A stretch of DNA of 64,000 bases from Octopus vulgaris (taxonomy: Eukaryota): contig OX597822.1 of assembly GCA_951406725.2 (NCBI GenBank), forward strand, positions 89,094,001-89,158,000, in the 5' to 3' direction. The notes beneath the pieces are model-generated. The model was not told the origin of the DNA. It saw only the letters and a program-made list of their open reading frames with translations, and did no database searches. How positions within the stretch are numbered: position 1 is the first letter of the stretch; the number at the start of each line of letters is the position of its first letter. Made by a program: the position numbers and the translations under genes. Positions 14,560-27,930 of the stretch are shown piece after piece.

Positions 14560-15185
14560 TTACACAGAATAAACACTAGCGGTCGCTGCCAGAAAGTGAA
14601 CAAATGTGGGCACTGTCATGCTTTTAGCTGTCGACGTAAATACACGAAGTTGACTACTTCTGACAGCTAAAAGCCTGACAGTGCCCAAATGTGTTCTTTT
14701 TACCCGTGGAATTACGCCATATAAATTCATGCAAATATGAAACAAACAATTCGTCCGATGTCCCAAACTGTCGTCGCAACATCCGTTTTACTCGCATCCA
14801 CATTTTGTGTGTGGACGTGTTGATCAGGAGGATCAACAAAATTTTGTTGATGTATAATCTCTCGTGCATGTAGGCACCATCATTCAGGATACCGATGTTA
14901 TTATACACTCGCCAGCCATCACTGACTATATGAGTCCCAGGTAAAATCCATCTTTGTATTAGCGCAGTTAAAGTTTGTTCAGTACGGACAGGTACTTCGA
15001 CCAAAAAACACTTTTTAGAGACTCTCTTTCTATGCCACCGAATACCCAATGGCCAAGGCGCCACTTACCTCGGTGATACTTAGGATGAAAGAACTTGCTT
15101 CCGTCAATTTCTACAACTAATGGCTGTCCATTAGCATCTAAACCGCCGATTTCTATGGGATTTTTTTGGAGCCAAACAGACGATC
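14560..15185 (-). pseudogene. Merlin (IS1595/ISXO2-like) DDE transposase relic
   Basis: Minus strand reads IGGLDANGQPLVVEIDGSKFF..KYHRG..HWVFGGIER, CFLVEVPVRT..LIQRWILPGTHIVSDGW, RRQFGTSDELFVSYLHEFIWR; frameshifted. Confidence 0.88.
14609..14685. mobile_element. 77-bp Merlin-type MITE
   Basis: 24-bp TIRs ggcactgtca(t/g)gcttttagctgtc beginning with GG; 8-bp TSD caaatgtg at 14601-14608 and 14686-14693. Confidence 0.88.
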
Positions 15186-15360
15186 TTTCGTTTGTAGTAG
15201 CACGTTTCCGTCGATGATTTCCGTAAAAAACTTTTATTTTTTTACATATGGGCTTGCGGGAACATTTGAAGTAATGAGAGCGAAAGAGACTAAGAGAAAA
15301 CGATTTTATGACGAGGGAATTTCTTTTGAAGTTACCGAAGCATTGATGTACATGTGTGTG

Positions 15361-16237
15361 TGTGTTTGATAGGGTGTGGGAGACAGACAGTATGTTGTGT
15401 AAGTGAAGTGCTTCTGTTAGTGTGTGTGAAGAGACAGAGAGAGTAATGTGTGAAAGAGAGATAACTGAAATTTTTTACTCGGTGTATGTGTATATGTATG
15501 TATGCATGTATGTGTGTGTGTGTGTGTATGTATGTATGTGTGTGTGTATGTATGTATGTATCTATGTATGTGTGTGTGTGTGTATGTATGTATGTATGGC
15601 CGATTCAGTGTAATTTTTTACTCGGTGTATGTGTATATGTATGTCTGAATGTATGTGTGTGTGTGTGTAAGTATGTGTGTGTATGTATGTATGTATGGCC
15701 GATTCAGTGTACACTGAATCAGCCATACATATATACATACATACACACATACACACACATACATAGATACATACACACACACACATACATGCAGACATAC
15801 ATATACACATACACCGAGTAAAAAATTACACTGAATCAGCCATACATACATACATACACACATACACACACACATACTTACACACACACACACATACATT
15901 CAGACATACATATACACATACACCGAGTAAAAAATTACACTGAATCGGCCATACATACATACATACACACACACATACATATACACATACACACATACAT
16001 ACACACACACATACACACACACATACATACACACACATACATACATACACACACACACATACATAGATACATACACACACGTACATACATGCATACATAC
16101 ATATACACATACACCAAGTAAAAACTTTCAGTTATCTCTCTCTTTCACACATTACTCTCTCTGTCTCTTCGCACACACTAACAGAAGCACTTCACTTACA
16201 CAACATATTTTCTGTCTCCCACACCCTATCAAACACA
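15361..16237. repeat. Long palindrome with internal microsatellite-bearing subunits
   Basis: Centre gattcagtgt|acactgaatc at 15710/15711. The outer ~125-bp unique arms are reverse complements. The right arm has extra copies of the ccgagtaaaaaattacactgaatc unit. Confidence 0.9.
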
Positions 16238-16339
16238 GATCGCCATTGTGCAGCATAGTTGTTGCTGAAGTTGAGAGAGTCTGAAACATAGTGAGGTTCC
16301 TTTTTTTTTCTTTTTTGTTTTTTTTTGCAAGAAATTTTT

Positions 16340-17211
16340 TTGACTAATCTAGAAACGTATGTTCTCAAATAACCTTTGCATTTGATTTTTTAATGTCTTT
16401 ACCCCCATACTTTCGTGAGTTGAATTGAGCAAACACTATATGAGAGAGATTTTCTTTAAGTATTAGAAATAGTTTTAAAAAAGTTTTTTTGGCTACTATT
16501 TCTAATGAGTTCAGTATGTGGCAAAGTAATTTATTTTACTAAGCCCTTTTATATAATGTAATAATTTGAATTCGCCTTAAATGGTCCCATTGCATACTGA
16601 ATACTTGGTGAAATTGATTAATAATTAATTAATTTTACCCTCAATTGTTGAAATTATAATTCATCTCTCTCTATTTAATGCTTCGGATTTTACCGAAAAA
16701 GCATAGTGTTTACTGATTTTAACCCACGCTGGTGGAAAGGGAGAGCAGAAATTCTTCGCTTGCATATTTTGGGTTTGCTGGCACTGTTAGTTTCGAGCAG
16801 ATCTTCAGAAGCGATAAGAAGCCGAAAGGGTATGCTCCCACTTTCAGTGTTTTCAAATCCAAACCAAGGAGTTCTGAGCTGATGATAGAAATGTTGAGTT
16901 GACTAATCTAGAAACGTACGTTCTCAAATAACCTTTGCATTTGATTTTTTAATGTCTTTACCCCCATACTTTCGTGAGTTGAATTGAGCAAACACTATAT
17001 GAGAGAGATTTTCTTTAAGTATTAGAAATAGTTTTAAAAAGTTTTTTGGCTACTATTTCTAATGAGTTCAGTATGTGGCAAAGTAATTTATTTTACTAAG
17101 CCCTTTTATATAATGTAATAATTTGAATTCGCCTTAAATGGTCCCTTTGCATACTGAATACTTGGTGAAATTGATTAATAATTAATTAATTTTACCCTCA
17201 ATTGTTGAAAT
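16340..17211 (+). mobile_element. Partial tandem (559-bp period) Penelope-pLTR/retrozyme-like element
   Basis: ~315-bp direct repeats at 16340-16654 and 16899-17211, with a hammerhead at the junction, ending in (TA)n. Confidence 0.8.
16875..16926 (+). ncRNA. Minimal type I hammerhead ribozyme
   Basis: tgag-CTGATGA-taga...tcta-GAAAC-gtac-GTT-ctca. Stem I tgag/ctca, stem II taga/tcta, palindromic stem III loop. Confidence 0.8.
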
Positions 17212-17479
17212 ATATATATATACATATATATATATATACACACATACACCTTTTTGCATCCAGGCAGCCCCCCCCTCTTTTCTGCTTTCCGGTTTTGGCT
17301 GATGGATCCTCGGTTCCCGCGTAGCGGGGCGTTCGAGGGCCTTTGCGCTCGCGCGCCTTGGCGCGCGCTGGGGGCTCGGTCGGCCCCTTTGGGCTTGCGT
17401 TGCACTGCTTGTGCGTTGTGTGCGTGAGCGCGCTTCGTGTGTGTGGGCTTGCTTCGGATGTGCGCTTGCGTATGTTTGC

Positions 17480-18852
17480 ATACATACCCACACACTCGCA
17501 TGCATCCCTACCCACATACATACACGCACACCTACTCACACACACACATACACACACACACATACCCGCACACACACACACATACATACATACACACACA
17601 TACCCACTTCAGACATACACACACACAGACATACACCCATACACCCACACTCACACGCATACACACACACACATACACACGCACACGTACACACACACAC
17701 ACACCTACATACATACATTACACTTGTATACACACACACTTACATTCATACACACACACACCTACACAGCCATACCCTCACTCAGACACACACATCTACC
17801 TACACACACACAAACACACACTGACACACACCCATACATACATACATCTACACACTCACGCCTACACACATACATACACACATACATAAACACACACACA
17901 TACACATACACACACATACGCACACACGCATATACTTATACACATGCACACACACACACATACATACATACACCCATATACATACACACACACATACCTA
18001 CATACTCCTATACGCACATACATACACACAGACATACACACATACACACTCACACAAACATACACACACACATACTTACACACACACTCACCTGCACGCG
18101 CACACACATGCATGACAAACACTCATACACTCACACTCACATACGCACACACCAACATAAACACGCACACGCACACACACACCTACACTCCCACACACAT
18201 ACACACGCACCTACATACACACACGCACGCATACACATGCATACACACATACATTACACACGTACACACACACCTACATACACATGCATACACACACACA
18301 CACAAACATGCACGGACACACCCAGACATACATACATACACCTATATACACACGCCTACACACCTACATACACACACATATACACACGCCCACACAGCTA
18401 CATACACACACATACATACACACATACACGGACACACCCATACATACTTACATACATACACCTATACACACACGCCTACACACCTACACACACACATGCA
18501 CACACACACACATGTACGCACATACACACACATATACGCACACACATATATACCCACACACATGCACACACACACACATACACACACACACATGCACACA
18601 CACACACATACGCACATACATGCACGCATGCACACGCGCACACCTACACGCATACACACACACACACGCACGTACACATACATACATACACACACTACAT
18701 ACACCCATACACATACATGCATCCTACACACACATACATACACACTCACACATACATACACACACACGCACTCACTCACACACCTGTATGTTCGCGCACA
18801 CACATGCACATACACACACTTCCCCACACCCACACGTACATACATACACACT

Positions 18853-18890
<38 letters not shown>

Positions 18891-19000
18891 CATACATCTA
18901 TGCACACACATATATACACACATACTCACATACATTCATCGGACACACTGCCACCCAGACATACACACAGACACACTCACACATCACACATACGTACGCG
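17480..19000. repeat. Long degenerate (CA)n/(CATA)n low-complexity tract
   Basis: Direct reading of the sequence; source of the spurious HT/CV-rich ORFs. Confidence 0.95.
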
Positions 19001-19746
19001 CACACTCGCAGGCTCGCGCACACACGCGTTTGCGCCGGTTCGCGCACGCATGCGCCCCGCATGCACCTCGCCCTTGGACCCGACGAGACCTCCCGCCCGT
19101 TCCTGGGATGTCGCTTGTCGTTGGGTTTTCCCACGCCCGTCTCCGCGGGACCACTCTTCCATCTTCCCCTCCGCTGGAGTCCTTTTCCTAAACCCCCCTT
19201 TTTTTTTTGTTACACACACGCGCACACATATACACACATTGCTTAAACATATACATCACTCTTACACACATTCAATCTACTCGCCACTAATACTACCACG
19301 ACACTGGACACACACACACACTACTACTCAACACACGCTGGCACGCTACATACGCCCCCACCCCTTCCCCTCCCTCCCTTCCTCCTTCCTCCCTTTTCTT
19401 ACTACTGACCTTTGTCTGCTATGCTGCTGCTATGCTGACCACCGTCTCGCCCTACCTCACACGCCTACACACAGACGCACACACTAACACATACATATAT
19501 TTTTTGTTTTTTTTATCTCGCCTCACACACACACATACACACACGCACACGCACACACTCACACATACACACACATCTGTTGCGTTACCAACCTTGTCTC
19601 CACTCTTTTGCCTTTAAAAACCCACTTTGCTCTTGTTATCGTAAACATCCGCCTTTCACCATGTGCTACTCCTAACACCTGCCGTTTTTTTCTCTATCTC
19701 CGTTGCCCGCTCCGGGATCTTTCTTTCCTCTCTCTTCCTTCTTTAT

Positions 19747-19781
19747 GTTTCCGACGAAGAGCTCCGCTCGAAACGTCATAC
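19747..19781 (+). ncRNA. Degenerate minimal hammerhead
   Basis: gttt-CCGACGA-a-gagc-tcc-gctc-GAAAC-GTC-atac. Core U4>C change and one stem I mismatch. Confidence 0.55.
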
Positions 19782-19932
19782 CTCCCTGCTTCCATTTTCT
19801 GAGCGCCTATTAATAATAATACTGTAATTGTTCCATTGTTGTTGTTTTTTTGTTTCCCGTTTGGATTAAAATTATATATATATATATATATATACATATA
19901 TATACATATATATATATACACACGCATGTATA

Positions 19933-19982
<50 letters not shown>

Positions 19983-20879
19983 TACATGCACACACATCCA
20001 TGCACCCCACACCCAGAAACACACACACATATATTCATATGTATACATATATGCATTTTGCTGGGTGGAGGTGCTTATCTCCCCTTTGAAAACATAAGGA
20101 CACAGAAAATGTGTCATGGCCAACTGGAAATGGTGTTTCCTAGGGCTAAATAGCAGTAGCATTCTTCCTATTCATGGGACTGCCGCATTAAGTTGGCAAC
20201 ATACCATCACTTTATCATGCTGCTACTGTATAAATCTCTTAGAGATTTAGAAATGTAATATTTCTACTTTTGAAATCAATGAATGTATTTCACTTGAAAT
20301 CTCCACGTTTCCAAAGGCAAATAGGCATTAACAGCTTGCAAGCCATGATTTTGTTGTTTTTTGAAGGACTCTAGGCGATTTTTTGTGAAACCACCATTGT
20401 TGGGTAGTAGTGAATAATTGAGATAAATGAGAAGTTGTGCGGAAGCTGCTGGAGGTCGAGTTCCCCTAGACCCAAGTGTGCTGAAATGGGAGATGTTGCA
20501 GTGGGAGGGAGAGCTGATAGTGAAATATGGTATTATGGTAGAGAAGGAAGAGTCAAATATAAAACTGACCCTGCCAGAGGAGGAAAAAGTGAAAATGGAA
20601 AAGAAGACAGTAATATTCAGATTGTTTTCAAATAAAAATAGAAGAATTGAAAATGCGCCACAGGAAGAAATGGAAGAAATTTTGGAAAGACAGATAAGCG
20701 ACAGCATAGAGTTCTTTATGAGAGGAAAGCGATACGTGTCTATTGTGGTAACCTTTGTATCAGGTGGGGAGGCAGAAAAAGTCTCCATCAGGATGATACA
20801 GGGAGAGAAATGGACATTGATGCCAAACTGTTTGGATAAACGGATTGTTAGAATTAGGGTGGGAAGAATCCCACGATGG

Positions 20880-21150
20880 ATAGATCCACCTCATCCCAGT
20901 TCTTCCTGGGTTTTCCTCTTCCACAGGTTCCCTCAACTGCTAGGAGTGTGGCAGTTTTTCACACAGCTATCCACATCCATTCTCACCACATGGCCATACC
21001 AACGCAGTCGTCTCTCTTGCACACCACATCTGATGCTTCTAAGGTCCAACATTTCTCTCAAGGTACTTACACTCTGTCGAGTATGCACACTGACATTATA
21101 CATCCATCGGAGCCTACTGGCTTCATTCCTTGCGAGCTTACGCATGTCCT
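20880..21150 (-). mobile_element. RTE LINE 3' fragment
   Basis: [50 protein letters not shown]. Confidence 0.9.
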
Positions 21151-21324
21151 TAGCAGTAAGCTCACAAGGAATAAAGCCAGTAAGCTCCAATGAATGTGTA
21201 ATATCTAATTATAATTTAGTAGACTCCTATCAAGCAGATATTATGGTTAGGTTTCTCAGTTGATGTAAGTTCACTCTCATGCTGCTTAAGAGAGACATGG
21301 GTATAATAATATCTGATTTCTGAA

Positions 21325-21538
21325 GGTGTTGAGCTGGCAGAAACGTTACCATGCCGGGCAAAACGCTTAGCGGTATTTCGTCTGTCTTTACATTCTGAGT
21401 TCAAATTCTGCCATGGTTGACTTTGTCTTTCATCCTTTCAGGGTCGATAAATTAAGTACCAGTTATGTACTGGAGTCGATCTTATTGACTGCCACCCCCT
21501 CCCCAAATATTTTGGGCCTTGTACCTAGAGTAGAAAAG
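21325..21538 (+). mobile_element. tRNA-derived SINE with 17-bp TSD
   Basis: TSD aatatctgatttctgaa at 21308-21324 and 21539-21555; A/B-box-like head; tttcatcctttcagggtcgataaa core. Confidence 0.9.
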
Positions 21539-21650
21539 AATATCTGATTTCTGAAAAATATTGGGCTTTTGTGCCTTGTCAAAATATTTGTAATATTTAA
21601 TTAATGAACTTCTGTTTGCTTTTGCAGGTGAATCTTTCTAAGGAAAAAAG

Positions 21651-22388
21651 ATGGGTGTTCAAGGGTTATTATCCTACTGTCTCAAGAACCAAAAACAATG
21701 CTGCACTTTTGTTGACCTTGTTGAAGTTGCACGTGAGCAAAAAGGAATTGAAATACTGGTTGATTATTACTGTTTTACAAATTGGGTTTATGAAAAGTTT
21801 ATAACAAATCTTACAAACAAAAATAAAAACAGATATCTATTACTTTATGGTGGGGAATATTCCTCTTTGTCCCTCTATGTAACTGCTCTGATAAAGAATT
21901 TACAGTCTGTGGATATCCATCTAAGATTTTTAGTTGATGGTGCAAGAGGCTCATGCAAGGAAACCACTAAGAGGAGATTAAACACATGGTTATCTCGTTC
22001 TCAAAATGATATGAGGAAGATTAAAAATATGTTATCTGTATTTTACAATGAAATCAGCATTGAAGACTTGTCATGTGATGACATTGTAAGGCCTGTTCTT
22101 CGTGATGTAATTTTCAATTCTGCTCTGACAGAATGTGGTTGTAAAATAGTGAATTGCTCAGGTGAAGCTGATGACATGATAGTCAAGCAGCTGTTGGATA
22201 GCAAAGCATTTGCGATTTTCAGTTATGATTCTGATTTCTGCCTTTTTAAAGACTGTTGTTTTATTCCACCAAAATTGTTTGATATTCACAATGACATGGA
22301 GCTAGAATATTGTGAAGAGTTTCCGAAAAAACCTTTACATCTTCAAACTGGACTGATAAATAATGAAAGAGTCAGTCATATGTTTGGC
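21651..22388 (+). CDS. PIN-domain (FEN1/XPG-like) Asteroid/FAM120B-like protein, coding exon 1
   Basis: Acceptor tttgcag at 21621-21627, ATG at 21651, donor gtaagt at 22389. Motifs MGVQGL, ILVD, YGGEY, FLVDG, GEADD, YDSDF. Confidence 0.9.
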
Positions 22389-23099
22389 GTAAGTTGTATT
22401 TTTCCATCTTTATTCAAAATTATTATTTAAAGAAATGATTTCTCATCTGTTTGGTTCTCTTTAAATTTACTGATAACTGGCCAAAACTAGTTGTATGTGG
22501 GAAACAGCCATTTATAGGAAGAATAAAAAAAAATTCAGGTATGTATTGGCTACATGTTTAAACTGTAAAACTTATTTTATTCAATCAATGATTCTAAAAT
22601 TTGGTCCATCTAACTTGATTTCTAAAATGTACATATTCAAAATTTATTAGCATAAAGGTTTGTTGCTTTTTATTTTGGATATTTGCCAAGATTTCATAGA
22701 AAATCTTCCTTCAGAGCTCATGTAGAGTTGTAAAATTTTGTCAACTTTCAGATCACAATTCCAGCTACTTATCTCGTTAGCAAGCAGACATTTATAATGT
22801 TAGGGCTTTGTCTTTAGCCACTTTTCAACAACATACTTATTGGATTTCTACAAATCCAATGACTATGTTGTTGGATGCTAGTGATCATCATCATCATCAT
22901 TTCATCATCACCATCCTCATTCATGGTTACCTGGATTGGATGGAGTTTAATGAGACAGATGTTTCATTGGCCAGATGCCCTTCTAATTGCCAACCCTCGC
23001 TTGTCTCCAGGCAAGGTAATATTTCCCCATGACCAGACTTAATAAAATATTGGAAATGAATGACATTGACTGTATGTTAGTGATACTCTTTTACAAATA

Positions 23100-25200
23100 T
23101 CACTTGGGTGTCCTCTCCTGCATGCCAAATTTAATTCTGCCTAACTTTCCTCTCAAAACAGTTGTGCTTTGTTGGCCATGCAGACTGATGTTGCTCATCC
23201 AACGGAGCATACTATCTTCATTCCTCTCCAGTCTATGCATGTCCTATGCATGTCCTCTGCATTCAGAGCCCATGTCTCACTGCCACGGAGTATAGCCATT
23301 CATAAACAAGCATCAATACAATCTACCTTTCACTCTGAGAGGGAGACTTTTTATTACCAACAGAGGTAGTAGCTCTCTGAACTTCCTCCATCCTATTCTT
23401 ATTCTAGAAACAATACTTTCAGAGCATCCATCATTGTTACTAATTTGGTCACCTAAGTAGCAGAAACTGTCTACTCCCTCAAGAGAGCCTCCTGGACATT
23501 GGAGAGAGTTTAAGTCTCATGTACTCTTAGTGCTTATTGTTCCTGCACATCTGCTACTCACAAAAGCTACCTTAATCTCTTAACCTACCTGTGATTCCAC
23601 TACATCTCTTACACTGGGTGTAAGCAAATGGAATTACTTCCCACTCCTTTCCTATAAATTGAGCAGGGCTGTTTATCTGATGGAAAGAGAGTCTTATCTG
23701 CTTTCTTGCTAACAACAACTTTAGTCTTTGCTAGGTTAACTTTAAGGCCCTTTGATTCCAAGTTTTGCTTCCATACCTGGAACTTCTCCAATCTGCTTCA
23801 GATTCTGCAATAAGAGGTAGATCATCAGCATATACCAGTTCCCATGGACATCCAGTATTGAATTCTGTTGTTATGGCCTGGAGAAACTATAATGAATAAG
23901 AATGGACTAACAACTGATCCCGGGTGAACTCCAACTTGTATGCTAAATTCATCACTGTATCCAACGCCAATTCTCACCTTACTGACAGCACCACTGTACA
24001 TGGCTTGTATGGCTCTAATAAGCCACTCCTCTACTCCTAGCTTCCTTAGAGACTACCAAATAAGAGTGGGGAACCCTGTTGAAAGCTTTCTCCAGTTCAA
24101 CAAAAGTTAAGTACAATGGTTTACTTTTGGCCAAATACTTTTCTTGCAACTGTATCACTAGGAAGATGGCATCTGTGGTACTTCTCCCAGAAACAAAACC
24201 AAACTGCATGTCATCTACTTTAATTCTATTCTTAATCAATTGAGCTATAACCCTCTCTGTAATTTTCATAACCTGGTCCAACAGTTTGATACCCCTATAG
24301 TTGTTTCTATCTAAGGCATCACTTTTACCCTTGTAGCAGCTAACTATAGTACTACTACATCAGTCTTTGGGAATGATGCCTTCCTGAATAACCTGGTTAG
24401 CTATGCAAGTGACTAGGCTGTATCCCACACCAGATATTTCAATCAGCTCAGCTGTGATACCTGATGGTCCAGGGGCTTTTCCAGCCTTCATATCCTTAAT
24501 TGCCTTATCTATTATACTACTATCACCTCTGGCTGGTCCCCCAATTGGTTTGATATTTGAAAGACTCTCCTTCTCCCAGTCATTCTCCACATTTAATAAA
24601 CCTTTCATAGCAGCATCTCCATATATCTTTCTTCTCTGAATCACTAAATGCAAGCACACCATTATCCACTCATACACATTTCTCACCCATCACATCACTA
24701 TTCTCTTTGATACACTGCTTTGCATTCCTGAGCACCTCATGCCTTTGATTCTTACACTGTAGAACATTGGCAAACCTCTTACCTTCTGCTGTTCCTTTTG
24801 CTATGTAAATCTGTTGCCTAGCCTCCCTTCTGGCTCCTTGATATAATGCTCTGCTTCCACCATTTTCCCAGTCTTTCCCAGTTCTGTCTCTCTGCTTTTA
24901 TAGTGCTGTCTATCTCCTTGTCTACCTCAGACTTTGCACCAGCCACAGATTTGGTCAGTGCCCCCCCATCCAGTAAATTGTCCCACAGGAACTTCCAGTT
25001 GTCCTCTAAGCTATATGCCTCTTCCTCCTCCTCCTCTTTATCATCAGAGGCCTCCAATAGAATGTCTCTAAATTTTTGTTAGTTTGCTTGGTCTTTGAGC
25101 TTCCATAATCTTCTTTTTCAGTATGATTTATTTCTGTGAGTTTTTCTAGCCCTAATTCTGAAGTCACTAACTAGTAGCCTATGTTGGAGTGTACTCTTCA
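23100..25200 (-). mobile_element. RTE LINE relic (intronic)
   Basis: KAPGPSGITAE, MQFGFVSGRSTTDAIF, ELEKAFNRVPH, KGLKVNLAKTKV; many stops. Confidence 0.92.
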
Positions 25201-25432
25201 CCTGGGAAAGACTTCACATATGTGTGCATCAGCCTATCTCGTTGCCATCTATGAAAGGCTTTGGTTGACCCAAGGCTATAGTAGAAAACACTTTCCTAAG
25301 GTGCTTCACAGTGGTACTGAACCCGGGAATCATGTGGTTGGGAAGCAAGCTTCCTACCACACAGTCATGCCTAACTAGAAAGGGTAATGCCTGTTCAGCC
25401 TGTAATGACATGCATAAGATCTGGTCATCATA

Positions 25433-25597
25433 GGCGCAGGAGTGGCTGTGTGGCAAGTAGCTTGCTAACCAACCACATGGTTTCGGGTTCAGTCCCACTG
25501 CGTGGCATCTTGGGCAAGTATCTTCTGCTATAGCCCCGGGCCGACCAATGCCTTGTGAGTGGATTTGGTAGACAGAAACTGAAAGAAGCCTGTTGTA

Positions 25598-25651
<54 letters not shown>

Positions 25652-25876
25652 CATATATATATGTATGTGTGTGTTTGTCCCCCTAGCATTGCTTGACAAC
25701 CGATGCTGGTATGTTTACGTCCCTGTCACTTAGCGGTTCGGCAAAAGAAACCGATAGAATAAGTACTGGTCTTACAAAGAATAAGTCCCGGGGTCGATTT
25801 GCTCGACTAAAGGCGGTGCTCCAGCATGGCCACAGTCAAATGACTGAAACAAGTAAAAGAGTAAAAGAGTAAAGAG
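25433..25876 (+). mobile_element. Full-length tRNA/CORE-like SINE with internal (TA)n
   Basis: Head ggcgcaggagtggctgtgtgg, cttgggcaagt core, 3' end ccagcatggccacagtcaaatgactgaaac plus (gtaaaaga)n tail. Same family at 53417-53797, 54222-54390, 54756-55058(-), 52810-52930, 34265-34400(-). Confidence 0.9.
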
Positions 25877-25889
25877 AGAGAGTAAATCT

Positions 25890-26345
25890 AAGTAGAGATT
25901 TCAAACTTAAAATCTTCAAAGCCACATTCGAACCAATTCTACTATATGGCTCAGAAACCTGGACGTTATCAAAGAAGCTTGAGAGGCGGTTGGATGAAAC
26001 TTACACTCACCTCCTTATGAGAGATCAAAATCTCTCGTAGAAACGGCATCCAACCAAAGTACAAATATATGGGAAATTACCACCTGTATCATCTCTTGTG
26101 AAAGGTAGAAGAGTCCAGTTTGCTGGACATTGTTGTAGAGCTAAAAACGAAGTAATTTCTACTCTTCTCCTCTGGAAGCCATCTGCTCGCAATACCAGAG
26201 GGCGCACACTCTCCTACCCTGATGTAATCTCCAGAGATACAGGCATCCTGCAATGGGACCTCCGTAATGCTATGATGGACCGTGAAGTCTGGTGTAACAT
26301 AGTGAATTCCATTGTCTCGGCCACAGTCGAACAATGATGATGAAT
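25890..26345 (+). mobile_element. RTE/RTE-X LINE 3' end
   Basis: LLYGSETWTL, RRVQFAGHC.R, LLLWKP..RGR; (GAT)n tail. Confidence 0.85.
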
Positions 26346-26449
26346 CATGCCCGTATCTGTAATGTATAAATAAATTTTAAATGTTTCTAAAAAAAGCTTT
26401 TTGTTTTATTGTCTACTTTTGGCTATTGAGAGAAGGATTTCTTTGGGAA

Positions 26450-27930
26450 ATCTTTTTTTGTGAGTGCTTCAAAGAAAATTTTATGTTGCAAAGCTTGAAG
26501 AATGGGATCTTGAAGGAGAGGCAAAACTACAAGAGTCATCAACTAAATATTCCTTCAGAAATAATGAAAATAACAATGTAAATGAACATCAGATGCCAAA
26601 TACTGAAGCAGCAGGGGACTTTTGGTCAGATATTTAGGGCAAAGAGGTTCAACATAACAGGGAAGCAGAATGGTTACAGAAATTTAAGAGTGAAATGAAA
26701 AATAGATAAAAACAAAAGAATATAAATATTACAGATGAGAAAGTGAAAAGGATGCGTAAAAACTACTAAATTGGAAAGCCCTTGGCCCAGATGGTGTCAG
26801 AAATTCTGGTTTAAAAAAACATCTCATAAGCACACTCAGCTTTATAAAACTGTTTCTTAATGACTGTAGAAAATGGAGCACCAATATGAATGACAAAAGG
26901 GAAAACAGTGCAAATACAGAAGAACAAAGAAATAGGAGGGTAAGTCAATAATTATAGGCCTATTACATGCTTACCATTACTCTGGAAATTATTAACTGGC
27001 CTTGTATCTGATGAAGTGTATGGTTTTCTGGAGGACGGGGTAGCAGCCGGCAGGTGTATGTCTCCGGTATCAGTCGGCATAATGCCGGAGATGTCAGCCA
27101 AAGACCCCGTCAGCCTGGTGGGTGGTTGCCGCCTTCACGCCACCATGATAAATCTGTGCCAGTGGCACGTAAAAAGCGCCAACCGATCGTGGCCGCTGCC
27201 AGCCTCCTCTGGCATGTAAAAAGCACCCACTACACTCATGGAGTGGTTGGCATTAGGAAGGGCATCTGGCTGTAGAAACTCTGCCAGATCAGACTAGAGC
27301 CTGGTGCAGCCTCCTGGCTTCCCAGACCCCGGTCGAACCGTCCAACCCGTGCTAGCACGGAAAACGGACGTTGAACGATGATGATGATGATTAATCTATT
27401 ACCAGAGGAGCAAAAGAGATGCTGAAAGAACTCAAAGGGAACTACTTGCCTGTTGTATATTAATAGCATGATACTAAGTGAGGTATGAATAATAAAGCAG
27501 AACTTGGATAGATTATAAGAAAGTATAACATAATGGCTTTTGACGTGAAAACAATCAGAGCAAAGAGAACATTAACAGTTTTTTAATAATATCATGGGAA
27601 GTAGAATTGAAATGTGGAAATATATTGTATGAAATGTGATAATATGCAGGACAATATTTCAGGGTGACTTGTTTCCTCCATTACTTTTCATCATTGTCTT
27701 AATCGCTCTGACAAGCATACTGAGAAAATCCAGGTCTGCTTGAGAGTTTGCCTAAACCAGGGTGAAAATAACTCATTTGCTCTGAATCAATGATCTCAAA
27801 TTGTACATGAGAGGTGAAAAAGACCTGGCTTCTCTGAGCCAAACGGTAAGACTATTTATCAAGGGTAGTGGTATGCAGTTTGGTGTAAGTTAATGTGCAG
27901 TTTTAATTATGAAGCGAAGCACATTATGAA
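26450..27930 (+). mobile_element. R4/Dong-like non-LTR retrotransposon relic, interrupted by an RTE-UTR repeat
   Basis: WKALGPDG, NYRPITCLPLLWKLLTG, LLPEEQK and a FQGD-like motif; degenerate. Confidence 0.75.

Noticed and set aside
16785-16815. CTGAAGA...GAAAC on the minus strand
   Set aside because: No stem II or stem I pairing; chance match.
17343-19487. 714-aa His/Thr-rich ORF and overlapping ORFs
   Set aside because: Translation of a (CA)n tract that lacks stops in several frames; no coding signal.
20427-21263. 278-aa ORF
   Set aside because: Chimera of an unassigned possible retroelement ORF1 fragment and an antisense RTE piece; not a host gene.
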